The translations under genes were made by a program, and so were the position numbers. The notes under the pieces were generated by a model. The model was not told the origin of the DNA. It searched no databases and saw only the letters and a list, made by a program, of their open reading frames with translations. From NCBI GenBank assembly GCA_903813345.2, contig CAIIXF020000001.1, positions 13,082,001 through 13,146,000 on the forward strand: a stretch of DNA of 64,000 nt, read 5' to 3'. This document shows, in pieces, positions 1-13,100 of the stretch; positions within the stretch are counted from its first letter, which is position 1; the number at the start of each line of letters is the position of its first letter. The DNA comes from Owenia fusiformis. Taxonomy: Eukaryota.

Positions 1-1470
1 AAAGTGTCTTTCAACTTAATCATAAGAGTAAATATGGATTTTAACTTATTAAAATAGTTTCTCTGTATTAATTACATAATGCTGGTTGTATGTATATGGA
101 CTATTGATTTAGGATAATGATCGAAGGATTTAATTCTAAATCGCAACCATAGAAATAATGGGTAAACTGGCTCAATAACTTTTGGCGCGTTTATTGTTGT
201 TTTTCTGTACTTAAATTCCCCATTTACTCTTAATTTGTCATTCGGATCACTAATTAATGGTGGCACTCCATATCTACGTATGCTGATCTTACAGTATGAA
301 AAAAATAAAACAAATCGGCTTGATGAAACATCTGTAACGAGGACTTCATAAGTGAGTATATTTTTTAGAATTTTTTTCAAAAATATTCAATTCCAATGTC
401 ATATTGTGGTCTAAACTTAGCCTACATTCATATATCATTCATCCTCCGTATTCTTAATTTAACATTAATTGACACAATGTCAAATCCTTGACAGTGCTGT
501 TTTTAAACTTGTGCTTCCTTCAATCCAATTTAGTCGAAGGCATTGTTAAAAAAAACTCAAAAATGTCCAACTGTTTTGCATTTTTTGAAGATTTGCATGA
601 AATAAAGGCCCTTGCACATCAGTTCAAACTTTTGTTGGAAATTACTAGAATGAGCAAACCAATTCAAACTCCATTCATATCAAATAGTCGGGTACATTTC
701 CTAATTAGGATATATATATTGCGAATACCAGTGCTGTCAACCCCCAAAGATTTTCTCACAGGACAGATTTTTTAGACCCAGTGCCCAAAATTTGTGGGAC
801 ATCTAACTAAATTCGTGGGATTTGCGTGATTGCCCTAGGCCAAATTTTGATCAAATTTGCGGGACCATTCGAGGGACGAACACGCTAATTTCGGGACAGT
901 TAACAGGGTAACCACCAAAGATTTCATATATAGAGGCATACCGGAATAGCCTGACAACGGTAAAGTCAGATAATGTTGTCACAAATGACCGACATAACTT
1001 TTGCTTCAACTGTTTAATCATTTGGTCCTCATTTCATGGGATTACAGATTTGTTTAAATCTATCTGCGGATCTTTGTAATTTCCATAAAAGTTAGAACTG
1101 ATGAGCAAGCGCCTTATCTAATCAGCAGAATCAAAGAATGGTTGACAAATAGGCTATGTAGAGTGACAACATTACCTCTGTATTCCAGAGCTGTCAAGTG
1201 TCCCGCAATATCTAGCGAAGTCCCGCAAATGTCGGCTTTGACCTCCGCAAATTTCCAAAATTGTTGCAATCCCCTAGGCTTAAGGTTCAGCTGGAAAGTA
1301 ACATTTTGGTAAAAAAATGCTATACCTGCACATGTTATTTTCTGGTTAAAAATTAAGTATGAAAGCATGTGTATATTTCCTTGCTTTTTTTTCAGGAAAG
1401 TATCATTTCATTATCTACTTTGAGTAAACCTGGAAACAGGTCAATGGTAGCTCCTGTGTTGTCTGGAAAC

Positions 1471-1968
1471 TAGGGGTGGGACGGATAACCGAAATACCGA
1501 AAAACCGCGGTTCATAGCCTTCGGATCGGTTTATGGATCACGGCCCTACTTTCGGATCAGCTTTTCGGATCGTTTTCGGATTAATATTTCATTGGTCAAG
1601 TATCAATAAAACAGTTAAAAACACTGTTTTACAGCAAGATTTTTGATATTCCTAGTCCCTACCTTGTCTGTCTTGTCACTTGCTAGCTCACTCGTTTACT
1701 AGATTGGTTTAGTATCCGCGTATTCGTATCCCTCGGTAATCAATCATGTGGTCCCTGGTACTATATTCTTTAGTCGTGTATTCTAAATAATATGTATTGT
1801 TCATGAAATACTATAACATAAAATTCCATCTATAAAATATTGTTATAACAAAGACAAAGCGGCTAATCATGTCAATCAATACAAATCCTTAAAATGAATG
1901 AACCGAACAGAAAAAACCGAACCGACGGCTGATGATCCGAAAAACCGAACCGAACCGTCCCATCCCTA
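1471..1968. mobile_element. hAT-type MITE
   Basis: TIR taggggtgggacgg / ccgtcccatcccta; 8-bp TSD ctggaaac; subterminal aaccga and tcggat repeats. Confidence 0.9.
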
Positions 1969-2974
1969 CTGGAAACTGAAAGAAAATTTGGAAAAATAGA
2001 AAGTGTGAAATATCAGAATTTCCTGGAGTTCCCATTGACCTCTTACCAGATCTACATAAAGAAGACAATGTAATGATACTTTCCTGAAAAAAGCAAGGAA
2101 ATTATTTAAAACATGCCTTCATACTTTATAGTGTACCAGAAAATAACATGTGCAGGTATAGCAATTTTTACCAAAATGTTATTTTCCAGCTGTACCTTAA
2201 TAATTGTGATTATCTTGTCAAATAAGAAGCTAAGTTTTTTGTACTTTTGAGGAGTATTTAGTTTACCTGATTTGAAAAGTGCTGCCAAACTCCCAGTGCA
2301 TCAGATCATCAAAGACTGCTTTTGGAAAGAGCATATAGTCCATTTAAAAAACTGATTTTGATCCAAATAATACCATAGGCTTCTCAAGTGCCTAGTATGC
2401 CATTATTTGGTATCAAAATAAATAGGAAGAGTTCAACTTTCATTTTGATTAAGAAAATAGGGATGTAGGTCACAAATAGTTCCAAATTTTGCCTTTTTAC
2501 TATGCGTGTGGCCTTCATCTCAGAACCGAGCAAATGTTAGCAAATGCGAGTTACAATAAACGGACACCGATATCCCGAAAAGAAACCTGACTCCCTGACT
2601 GATGTAGATTAATCAAACCCCTATATGAATAGGTACATTTTATATAATATATAACGGGGGTAAGCGTTTCATAGTTGGTCACGAACGCCATAAGTGCAAA
2701 GTATTGTTTAGATTTTTTTGAATTTCGTGTTGGATTACGGTACATTTTCAGCGGGCTGTAAAAGGTATTTCATCATGTTAAGGGTCATCCTGGTCCTGTA
2801 AATGATATGTGGAACTATTTGAATTGACTGGAGGTCAAAACAGAATGTTATCTTTGTTCAAAAATGTCTAAAAATGCTACATTTTTTGTCATTTCCTGTT
2901 TTGTCATTTCCTGTTAAGTACCACTGCACCTTAACTTGTTTTATATCTCTAATTTCTTGAACAAAGTAATACAC

Positions 2975-4063
2975 TGTATTTCATACCTACCAAGGTTCTA
3001 GGAACATAACGAAGGGGGATATATTGTGTATCTAGGGAGCTATCGCCAAGATGCGGGACCAGGATGGATACACGCTGTACCCATCCCGGTCCTGAAAAAG
3101 AGAATTTAGGTCCTGACTTATGTTTTACTCAACTATCGAAATAAAGATTATATTTCAAACTTATGCCGTATATTTTAAATTATAATTCTGATTCATTGAA
3201 CTATAACTCACAAACTCAAAACGACCTTTTAAGTAGTGCTTGCAACGGTAATGGATCTCACTGCCGGTAAATTTCACCTCCATTACCTTACCGTTACCGA
3301 TAATCGTTGATACTGATAATGTTCCTAAAATCCCGGGGAAAAATCTGTTAAAATATTTGGAAAAATCCTTAACGAAGCCGATTTCTCAGCTTGATTTCCC
3401 GCTCACATCAACTACAGTGGATATATTGTATCATCGTGTATCTCGTGTGTGATTGTGTATTGTTAGGAAGTCTTTGAATGATAATATAGAGTGAATTCGA
3501 TCAAAATTGATCAAATTATTTGTGTTTGTTTTTACTTCACCGAAATATCACGTCACGTGATTTGTTAATCTCGCGGCATGGGAGATGATTGACAGAAGTG
3601 GGCGGGGTTTTGCTTATCCTCCCGCCTTTTACGAATGATTTGCAGTTGATTGACAGATTAGCTCTTCAAATGTGGAGATTGAAATATACATGATTGATAA
3701 AATATTCTTAAACGAACATTGTTTCGTAAATTTGACAATGGATCGCAATGCCAATCATGTTGCAGCAGCATGTCGATTATCGGCAATGGATTTTATTACC
3801 GGCAATTGAGAGTATCTACTGCCGCTGCCGACAATCCGGCATTACCGTAAGGCACTACTTTTAAGACTAAGAAAATACGTACAGTTTTGAATTTGGGAAC
3901 TTTATGAGTTACTGTGAACCTAAAACCTCAGTAGGTATGAAATACATCTGTTATGTATGGTCTGTTATTGATTCAGGGTTTATCCCTCAGGAAAAATGTG
4001 TATCTCCCTTGGGATAAACCCTGTATCCAAAACCTCCCAGTACATATCCCTTATGTATTATAC
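2975..4063 (+). mobile_element. Non-autonomous element with subterminal inverted repeat and large 3' palindrome (Crypton- or Helentron-like, unresolved)
   Basis: tgtatttcatacctac at 2975 is inverted to gtaggtatgaaataca ending at 3946; hairpin cagggtttatccc...gggataaaccctg (3974-4023); second copy at 62877-63362. Confidence 0.65.
3234..3857. mobile_element. hAT-type MITE nested in the 2975-4063 element
   Basis: TIR tagtgcttgcaacggtaatg / cattaccgtaaggcacta; 8-bp TSD cttttaag. Confidence 0.85.
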
Positions 4064-4100
4064 ACTAGACTATTATTTTACTATTCCAGACTGAAACACC

Positions 4101-4176
4101 ATGAGTGCCATGATGAATGGGGAGGTACCCAGTGTGCCCATTACTACTTTAGCTGGAATCACAAGTCTTACAGATC
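4101..4176 (+). CDS. NIPBL: NIPBL coding exon 1
   Basis: Acceptor ttccag ends at 4089; MSAMMNGEVPSVPITTLAGITSLTD; donor gtaagt. Confidence 0.93.
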
Positions 4177-7100
4177 GTAAGTACATGTATACATATTTAT
4201 TTTTAAGTCACCAACAAGAAGTGGTGGCATATTGTTATGGTCTCCATTTTTTGGTGGTTGGTGGTTAGCGATCGGCATATGTAACAAATTCTTAAAACTT
4301 CCAATAACTTAACAAATACTGCTTAGACTAACTTCAATTTATTTTCAAATCAACTCCCAATTTTCAGAAGTTAAAATCTGACTTGACATTTCAGATTTGA
4401 CCTTGAATGACTTTTTGGCTCACAGAGTGAGCCTATGGGATCGACCAGGCATCCGTCCGTTGGTCCGTCCGTTGGTCTGTCTGTCCGTTGGTCCATCCGT
4501 CAACATTGGCCGAACAAATTAAAACTGCTATTCCGAATTCGGATTGCGTCATATCCACATTCATTTTATGCATATCCATAATGCCTATTTGACCTATCAT
4601 CGCCATTTCCCAAGTTCGCCCGGTTTCCGAGAAATTGGGGATTTTGACATCAAAAAGTCAAATTTTCTGTAAATACTAGACACTTTGTTGAAGTAGAATT
4701 TTCAAATAACTTTTAGTAGTTGCTGTATATGCAACGTATGTCCTCTGAAGATTTCAAAGCTCTTGGAATTACAGTTTTTGGTGTTTTGGCATTTTCCGGA
4801 AAATTTCTCATGTATAAAGTCAATGGCAGGTTTTGTGATTGACAAGTTTCTCAAGGTTTGCCTTATACTTGATCATTTCTTGCAATGAATTACATCATTA
4901 CTAGATTTAAGCATTCCCTACATATTGCTCAATATATGTCAGCATCAAATTTTTACCTTTTTTGAGATATTTGACGTCAAAAAACAGTAAAAATAAGTTA
5001 TTTTTCAACTTGCTTCAATTTGACCAAATTTTTTTTGAAAATCATCTACAAGTTGCCAGGAGTTCGAATCTGACATTAGTTTTAGGATTTAACCTTTAAT
5101 TGACCTTCAGTGACCTTCGAAAGGTAAAAAAGTGGACTTTTCAAATTGATTTTTGGATGTAAATTTTGGTCAGCTTAATCACAAAAGACCTTACTGAGCT
5201 CTGAATAAGTAAAATTTTCAAGGTCAAAGGTCATCAAACTAGGTCACACAACTGTGCTATCTAAGTTTCTCAAAGTTCGAGACTACAAATCCAAATCAAT
5301 ATTTTTGTTTGAAAGTCAGGATATACATGTACATTCCTCTGAAGGTTCCAAACTGTGTGAGCACAGGACCGTGGGTCCTATTTTTTAAGTAACTTGCTTC
5401 CAATTGACCATTTTTTTTAAAAATCAACTACAAGTTATCAGAAGTTCAAATCTGACTTTAGCTTTAAGATTTGGCCTTCAATGACCTTCTCAAGGACAAA
5501 AAGGTCATTTTTCAACTTGCTTCAAATTGACCAATTTCTTTTCAAAATCAGCTACAACTTCTCAAATGTTCAAATCTGGCTTTAGATTTGAGATTTCACC
5601 ATCAATTACCCACTCGGGGTAAAAAAACTTGTTTCAAAGTTCAAATCTGAATATAGATTTGACCTTTAATGACTTTGGGGTCAAAAAAGTTTTCAGAAGT
5701 TAAAATCTGACTTGACATTTCAGATTTGACCTTGAATGACCTTCAAATCTGACTTCAGTTAAGATTTGGCCTTCAATGACCTTCTCAAGGACAAAAAAGG
5801 TCTTTTTCAACTTGCTTCAAATTGACCAATTTTTTTCAAATCATCTTGAAGTTCTCAGGATTCAAATCTGGCTTTAGATTTGAGATTTCACCATCAATTA
5901 CCCACTCAGGGTAAAAAAACTTGTTTCAAATTGACCCTTTTTTTCAAAATCATCTACAGTTCTCAGAAATTCAAATCAGACTTAAGATTGAACTAATAAT
6001 ATTGTTAGCAACCAGGTGGTGACATTTTGTCATGTTAATGCCTTGTTTAGTGCTGGCTTTTGACTATAGGCTGAATCATGTGTACCATTTTTCCAGATAT
6101 GTACTATTCTAAGATATTTAGAGAATCTTCAAAAACTTGTATGCATACCTATTGCAATTATCAAGGATAACTTTATGATTTCCATAAAGAAATTACATAC
6201 TCTTACATAATGTTTCACTGTGTCTGGTTACCAGCATAAACTGACCTGGAGTCCCTCCACGTTGGCCTAAAAGGCTCATAGTTGACACCTTGTACATCAC
6301 AAGCAGACTAAACATAACTCAACAGTCACCAAGTTCATTATTTATTCCAGTTCTACCAGAACTTCCATTGCCCTCCCCACTACCACAGACAGTTAACAAC
6401 AAGAGCCTGCTGTTCCATCCCAAGGTAGCTGATGATGCACGTAGACTACTGGCCTCAACAGATGAGAACATCGTGTCTCAACTAGTGAATGCTTTGTCAC
6501 AAACAAATACCAATGATATGTAAGTAACAGTTGTCTTTAGGATGATGGTAATAATAAATTATCAATATCATACTTAAAAGAGATTGCCATGGGTGCACTT
6601 TTATTAAGGTTGCATTTTGGATGATAATCTGTCAGTTTGTAATTAGTGAAGGTAATTTCAACTGAAGATCATTCAACTGATAAAAAACAGAACTATTTTT
6701 TACATGACTTTATTTTTTCAGTGAATTGAAAGATAAAGCCCTGGGTAGTGATAGTATACAAGGGGATGTACCAGACCTTCTCAGAGCTATTTTGGCCCAA
6801 AACTCAAATGTATTCAAGGGAGGAAGAGAAAATCGTAAGTTGTACACTGTACATTTATTTTCTTATGCAGTCTGAAAAAGCATGCATGCAAAATAATAAG
6901 TAGTATTTAAGATGCCTTAAATTGAAAATAAGAGATGGATTCCCCTTTATCAATAAAATCCAATGCATAATGATAATAAACTGTTCAAGCAAAAATGAAA
7001 AAACATTTTGTATTGTAGATGTGCCAGTGAGATCCCCCTACTACCAGCAACAGTCCCCCTACCAGGCTGGTCAAGTGTCGCCCTTTCAACCATCCAGCCC

Positions 7101-10100
7101 AGCAAGGTATGGACATTGGCAGCATTATTATCATATTTTGCCTTAAATTCTGTTCTGGGTTTAAATGGAAATAGAATAACTGTACATTTTTAATGTAATA
7201 TTTCTTAGTATGAAATAAATCTTTAAAGAATTGTAAACTTTGCAGGTACCAGCAGCCAGGTTATGGAAGTCCTAATAGGTACCCCCAAACTTCTCAAGGT
7301 ATCCCACCACAAGGCTTAGACATGTACCAGAAACAGTTCTCAAACTTTGCATCACCTCAGCCAGGTAAATAATATACAAACCCATTTAGTAGATTCACTG
7401 TCCAAACTAGCAGACTTGAATTTGAATTAAATTCATTTGGATGTTCAATGGACATGGGAAGCAGTGGGTAGATTTTGCGCCTTGTGTGGTATCAGTTATA
7501 TGCTTAATGTAATTAATTCATCATTTATGTTGTGATTTGGATAAAACTTGCATCATCATCATGAAGTCATCTATTAAAGTGCATTGAGTTATTAATACCT
7601 TCAGAAGTGAACTGGCTCAGTTGTAGACTGTGTCATTTTTTATTATATTACGTTAGATGTAATATAAACAATTCTCCCAGTTCACTGAAATGGTACAGAT
7701 TAACAACTGTTTTGTAAGTCCAAAGAAAACAGCTGTTGATTCTAGAGGTGAACATGGCTTAGTTACACACCTCTGATTGTCTTGTCAGAATTAAGTATTT
7801 TGAGTGAGATTTTAACACATGCATTTTTTGTAGGAGGGACTATGAATGGAGGTGTGCCAGTACCACGTCCCTCACAAGGAACCTCTCAGTCATTTCAAGG
7901 TACATAACAGAGAATATAAACTACATGATGTATCATAAAGAATTCAGATCTAAATTAATGGACCAGTTTCACACTGATCATGTATTACCTATAATTGTTG
8001 AATTATTTTCCACCTAAATAATTTACGGGATGTTTTCTAAGAGATCAATATTCATGCCAGACCCCTTTGTAGGTAGTTTAAGAGGTACTTTTTGTCCTAT
8101 CCACATTTCTGCTTTTGTAATTTAATTAAATAACAATAAAAGCAATATCAGAAAAACTATTGCAAAATTCACTGTGAATTGAATAATGTACAGTATTCAA
8201 GAACAAACAATCTTTCCATTCAATCTTAATAATGTCTGTATCAGAAACACATGTATATCTTTTCAATTCTTCTAGGCACTCCTCAGACTGTAGTCTCACC
8301 ACCTAAAGATGTCATCCCTAGAGACATGGAAGAGGTGGAAGTCTTAGACCCAGAAACAGGGGCAATAAAAAAGCAACTTGTTCCAAAAAAGTCCTCATCT
8401 ACCAAAAAATCATCAGAACCCTCATCTTCTCGGAAAAAATCAACAGAATCATCTGACCATTCAACTACAGATCTTAAATCTGAACATTCATCATCTATCA
8501 AGAAATCTTCAGATCACCAATCTTCTAGGAGAAAGTCCTCGGAGCCAGTAGTCATGTTAAAACCTCTTGATGCTGATGTAAGTCTATGTGTCTGTAATTA
8601 ATATTTTATATATTATATAATTATTAATATTTTATATATTAGATAATTAATGTAGGTAACATTAATATTTAGAAATAAGGATACTCTAACTCAGTTAATC
8701 TGCATTATCTTTACCTGGGACTAAAATGTAGTTAATCTTTAATTATTAAAACTAAAAAATGAATATATTTATTTTATTTAATTTTGTGTCCAATTAAGGG
8801 TCACAAATTTTTAAGATAAGATTTTTATAATAGGAAATTGCCAAACAGTTGTCTAAGCACAAATCCAAGAAATCCAGTCACAGTGATAAATATAGAGACA
8901 GAGATGGTCATAGCTCATCTCATAGAGATAGAGATAGGCACAGCTCCTCTAAAAGAGAAGAAGACTTGTCTACACAGGTATAGATATTGATGAAATATTA
9001 ATTGCTATCTGCATAAAGGAGACAAAATAAAATAATAAGAATATACCTGATTTAAGAATGAGAATATAAGAATATTGATAAGAATATATAAGAATATACC
9101 TGAATACGAGGGGTGATCCAAAAGTCTTGGACGCCCTGCTCTAATTTTGTTAGTTTTTGATAAAATTACTTTAATCTTTCCAATGATAAAGACCAACAAC
9201 CTAACTACTTTGTGTGTTAATTTCATGGAGAAATTATATATTTGATGTAGTTTTCTAGATAGTTTTTAATATAGGCACCCTGCCACCCGGAACGGTATTC
9301 ACACATGACAACTTTCAGCCCTAAATGTTCCCGCCATTTCACTTGTTTCGAAAGTCTTGACCACTATCTTTCTTTGAATTTTGAATATTAAACCATCTTA
9401 GTTTACTTCCTTTGTTATTAAGCAATCAATTAATTGTGTTTTGATTATCATGTCATATATGACAATGGCTGTATATGTTAAATTCTAAGAAAATGACATC
9501 AGACAAGCAACCCTCATTCTGGTATCATTTTTGCTCCAAGATGGCTGCTGAAATGGAGAACATGAAAGAAATCAAAGTGGAACAAAGTATACTACGAGAT
9601 ATTTTCACTTTTATTGACCATGAACAGCTACCATATGCACCATACAGTCTTATGGCTCTGTGTGATTTTCTTCCTTTTCTCCAAGTTGAAAGAAGGGTTG
9701 AAAGAAAAAGTTTTTTACTCATTGGATGAGGTTTAGAGTGGCACCCTAGCAGCATTTGTATCACATAAGCAATGGCGGTTTCATAAATGTCTTCCATTCT
9801 TCGGTAAAGTGGTATGAAAAATGTGTTCAAATTCATGGAAAATATGTTGAAAAGTAGGTCTTAATATGTAAAGATGATGATGGCAGATGACACTCAGATT
9901 GAAAATTGGAAATTCTCTCATATCATGACTGGTGTTAGGTTGTGCACCTGCACCTCAAGTGTTTGCCATATTATAACAGTTGTGATGTGATTTGCTTTTT
10001 TCAAATACCGTTCCGGGTGGCCGCGACCCGGTATTAAAAACTATTTAGAAAAGTAGCTAAAATATATCATTTTCTGTTGAAACTTGTACACAAAATTGTT

Positions 10101-13100
10101 AAGATGTTGATCTTTATTATCTAAAAGTTTCATGTAATTATGTTAGAAAATAGCAAAGTTAGAGCGGGGCGTCCAAGACTTTTGGATCACCCCTCGTATA
10201 TAAGAATATACCTGATTTGGGATCATTATTATTATTGATATATAAATTCAGTTCTCATTTAATACTGTATTGAATTCACGAGACCTTGATATGAAAAAAT
10301 CTTGAACATTTTACAGTAGGTTAAATCATGATGTATACAGTTAATGTGTAGAATGCATACTATTGTAGTCAACCACTGATAACATGCAAGTTATAATTAA
10401 AGGTGATCATGTCTTCTCAATTTTGTTTATTTATTTTCAGTATCAAGGCCTCAAGTTAATGTCTCCATCTGTAAAATGTAAGTATGGGTAAATATTAAAT
10501 GCAACAACATTGTGATGAATTATTTATCAATATGCTGTTCTGTGAAGAATCAAATTGTATTTCCTCCACAAGCAATTCAGTACAAACTTAAAAAGATTGT
10601 ATTTAAACTCTTTTCATATATTTTGTGCAAGATATTCTTTCACAATGATTGTAGAGTAGGTGCAGTTAATCCTATATATACTGTGCCAAAATTATGGTAT
10701 TAGACACAATGGTCCCAGGAGGACTAGTGTCCATGTGCCCAAATGAACCATTCCCCAACTTGCCACCAAAAATCTGATTTGGGATCAGTAAACTTGGTGT
10801 TAACTTGTCAAGGGAGTTGTCCAAGAATCCATTTCACTACTTTGAATCTTTGCCTGAAAGGTAATCAATGTTGGATGAACATCTGTATATTAGACTATAG
10901 ATGTAGATTTAACTTCATCACTTTAAATACTAGCTTCGGAAGATAAGGAAAATGTAGGAAGAGGAAAGGGCAGAAGAACAAGGGGCAAAAGGGTAACTTG
11001 GGAGCCCCAAATGAAGAAGATCCAAACAAATGAGGAACATGCTCTTAACAAAGACAAATCAGAACACATTTCACCAAAGAAAACCAACAAAACAAAAAAG
11101 AATCAAACTTTGAAAACATCCCAGAAGAAAATATCTCCCAAGACAGTTGTCAAAACAAGATCACAAAATGAGAAAAATGAACCTTCTGATGGTTTGTTTA
11201 GTTATGGCTAATCTAAATTAATTAATATGAGTTGGATTTCCTAAAAAATGAACAATCGTTTGCCACAATCCAAATGCTTTTCCCTGATCTGGAAAAGTTG
11301 GGAATTTCAGAATTTTCTCCAAATTAGTTAGATATTAGAAGTTTGAGTAATGTTAGGGAAATTTATGAAAATGGGATCACTAATTGAAAAAACAATTGAA
11401 TTTTGGAGTCTCAATAAATTCCTCAATGTATACTTGACCATGATTTCTTCTTTTCTCGGTTCAACTTAATTAAGAATACATGTAGAAGTGAACATGAAAA
11501 TGAAGAAATTTTATTATTGAAATGTTATGGTAAATGGATAGATGTATTTGCAATTTTTTGAAATTGTAAACTATTTTAGCAAATCCAATGAAGCTTTTAA
11601 TCGACCAGTTTTCTTGTTGAGTTTTGATATTATTTGTTTGTTTTGGTTTTTTGTTGTTTTTATGTTTAGTTTTCCATGTCACTATAACTGTTTACTAGGG
11701 GTGAGACGAGTCGAAAAAATCCGATTCGAGTCGAATCCGATTCGAGTCAGAAAATGACGATTCGAGTTTCGAATCCGTTTCGAGTCGCGAAAGTGCGAAC
11801 AACATCGCTTTTGACCGTTCGTATTTTTAATGCGTCAATGGTGGAAAGCCGGAAATATAAACAAACACAATTTGTCGTAAGTTTATTCTGATTTTATTAC
11901 ATATATTCTTTCATTTATGTGTACATACAATATAATAATTTAATACAAGCATATCCAAGTCATTGAAACTTATATATTCAACGCAATATCAAGTAAAAAC
12001 ATGCATATTGACAGTATTTTTCTGAATTTTTTTATTTTTTCGAATTTTTTTCTCAACTCGAAAATGATTCGATTCATCAACTTCGACTCGATTCGACTCG
12101 ACTCGAAGCCCCAAACCCGCGAGTCCTCGACTCATCGGGTTGTCGTCTCACCCCTACTGTTTACTGCTATTGATTGATATCTATCACCATTTTTATAATA
12201 CCTTTTTAGGCATTAGAGTTGATATATTTTGGGATATTTCTGGAGCAGTAGATTAACTAAACATGTACTAATTATTAATATTTGTCTAGACTACTTCATA
12301 CAGAGAAGTATGAATTTGATTTAAGCCTCACATCTTATATTTCATTTTCATTGTAAATAGAAATGTTTTCTTATCTGAACGTTTGTGATTTTTAGTATTG
12401 AGGATTGATCCCAAAGATGAGAAGATGATGCGGGATTTAAAGAGAAAGCATTCAGGATCTGACAGTAAATCAGGTGAGTGTTGAGGATCTGGCAGTATGA
12501 TCTGAAAATATGACATAGTATCGGCAAATTATTTGCTGTCATTTAATCACTTGCATAACACTCCTTACATGAATTGAGAAGTATTTTATATGATTTTGAT
12601 AGATGCAATTCCAAGTGCATTCCAAGTGTCAATAATATCCATATATTTATAATAAAAAATAATGGCATGAAAATAACATAAAACTTTTTATGTGGCAAAG
12701 GTAAAATACAATCATTTTTTCAGCTAAAAGAAGTAAATATGATGAACATGATGAGTTTGATGCCTATGGTGGCTTTGCCCCTTCTTTGACTGAAAGGATA
12801 AAGAGTAGACGGAGAGGAGCGGCGCCATCTTTTGAGAAGACCAAAACACCTGAAAAACGACGTCCAGTTATAGAATCTAGTAGTGAGTCAGAAATGGAAT
12901 GTAAGTGTCTTATATGATTGATTTGATTTCATACCAGGTTGATCAATAATTTTTGAGAAAATGCCTCTTTGATAAGAGTTAATGATACATTGGAGGTGTT
13001 TGATGCTTTGTGATTTGAATTTGTCTCTTTATGAATTTTTTTCTTTTTTCGATATTGAGGAAATCAATTGTTTTTCTAATTTAATGTATCTTTTCAATTC

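Noticed and set aside
72-380. 102-aa minus-strand ORF
   Set aside because: No recognisable motif, non-ATG start; probably transposon interior or intron sequence
729-1280. Decayed cagtgctgtcaac/gtcccg-rich MITE-like pieces
   Set aside because: Ends and TSDs are too degenerate to delimit
1396-2100. Possible NIPBL 5' UTR exon after the tttttttcag acceptor
   Set aside because: No convincing donor can be chosen; RNA data are needed
8061-8072. Possible 12-nt frame-preserving microexon (ag|acccctttgtag|gt)
   Set aside because: Weak polypyrimidine tract and donor; could be chance
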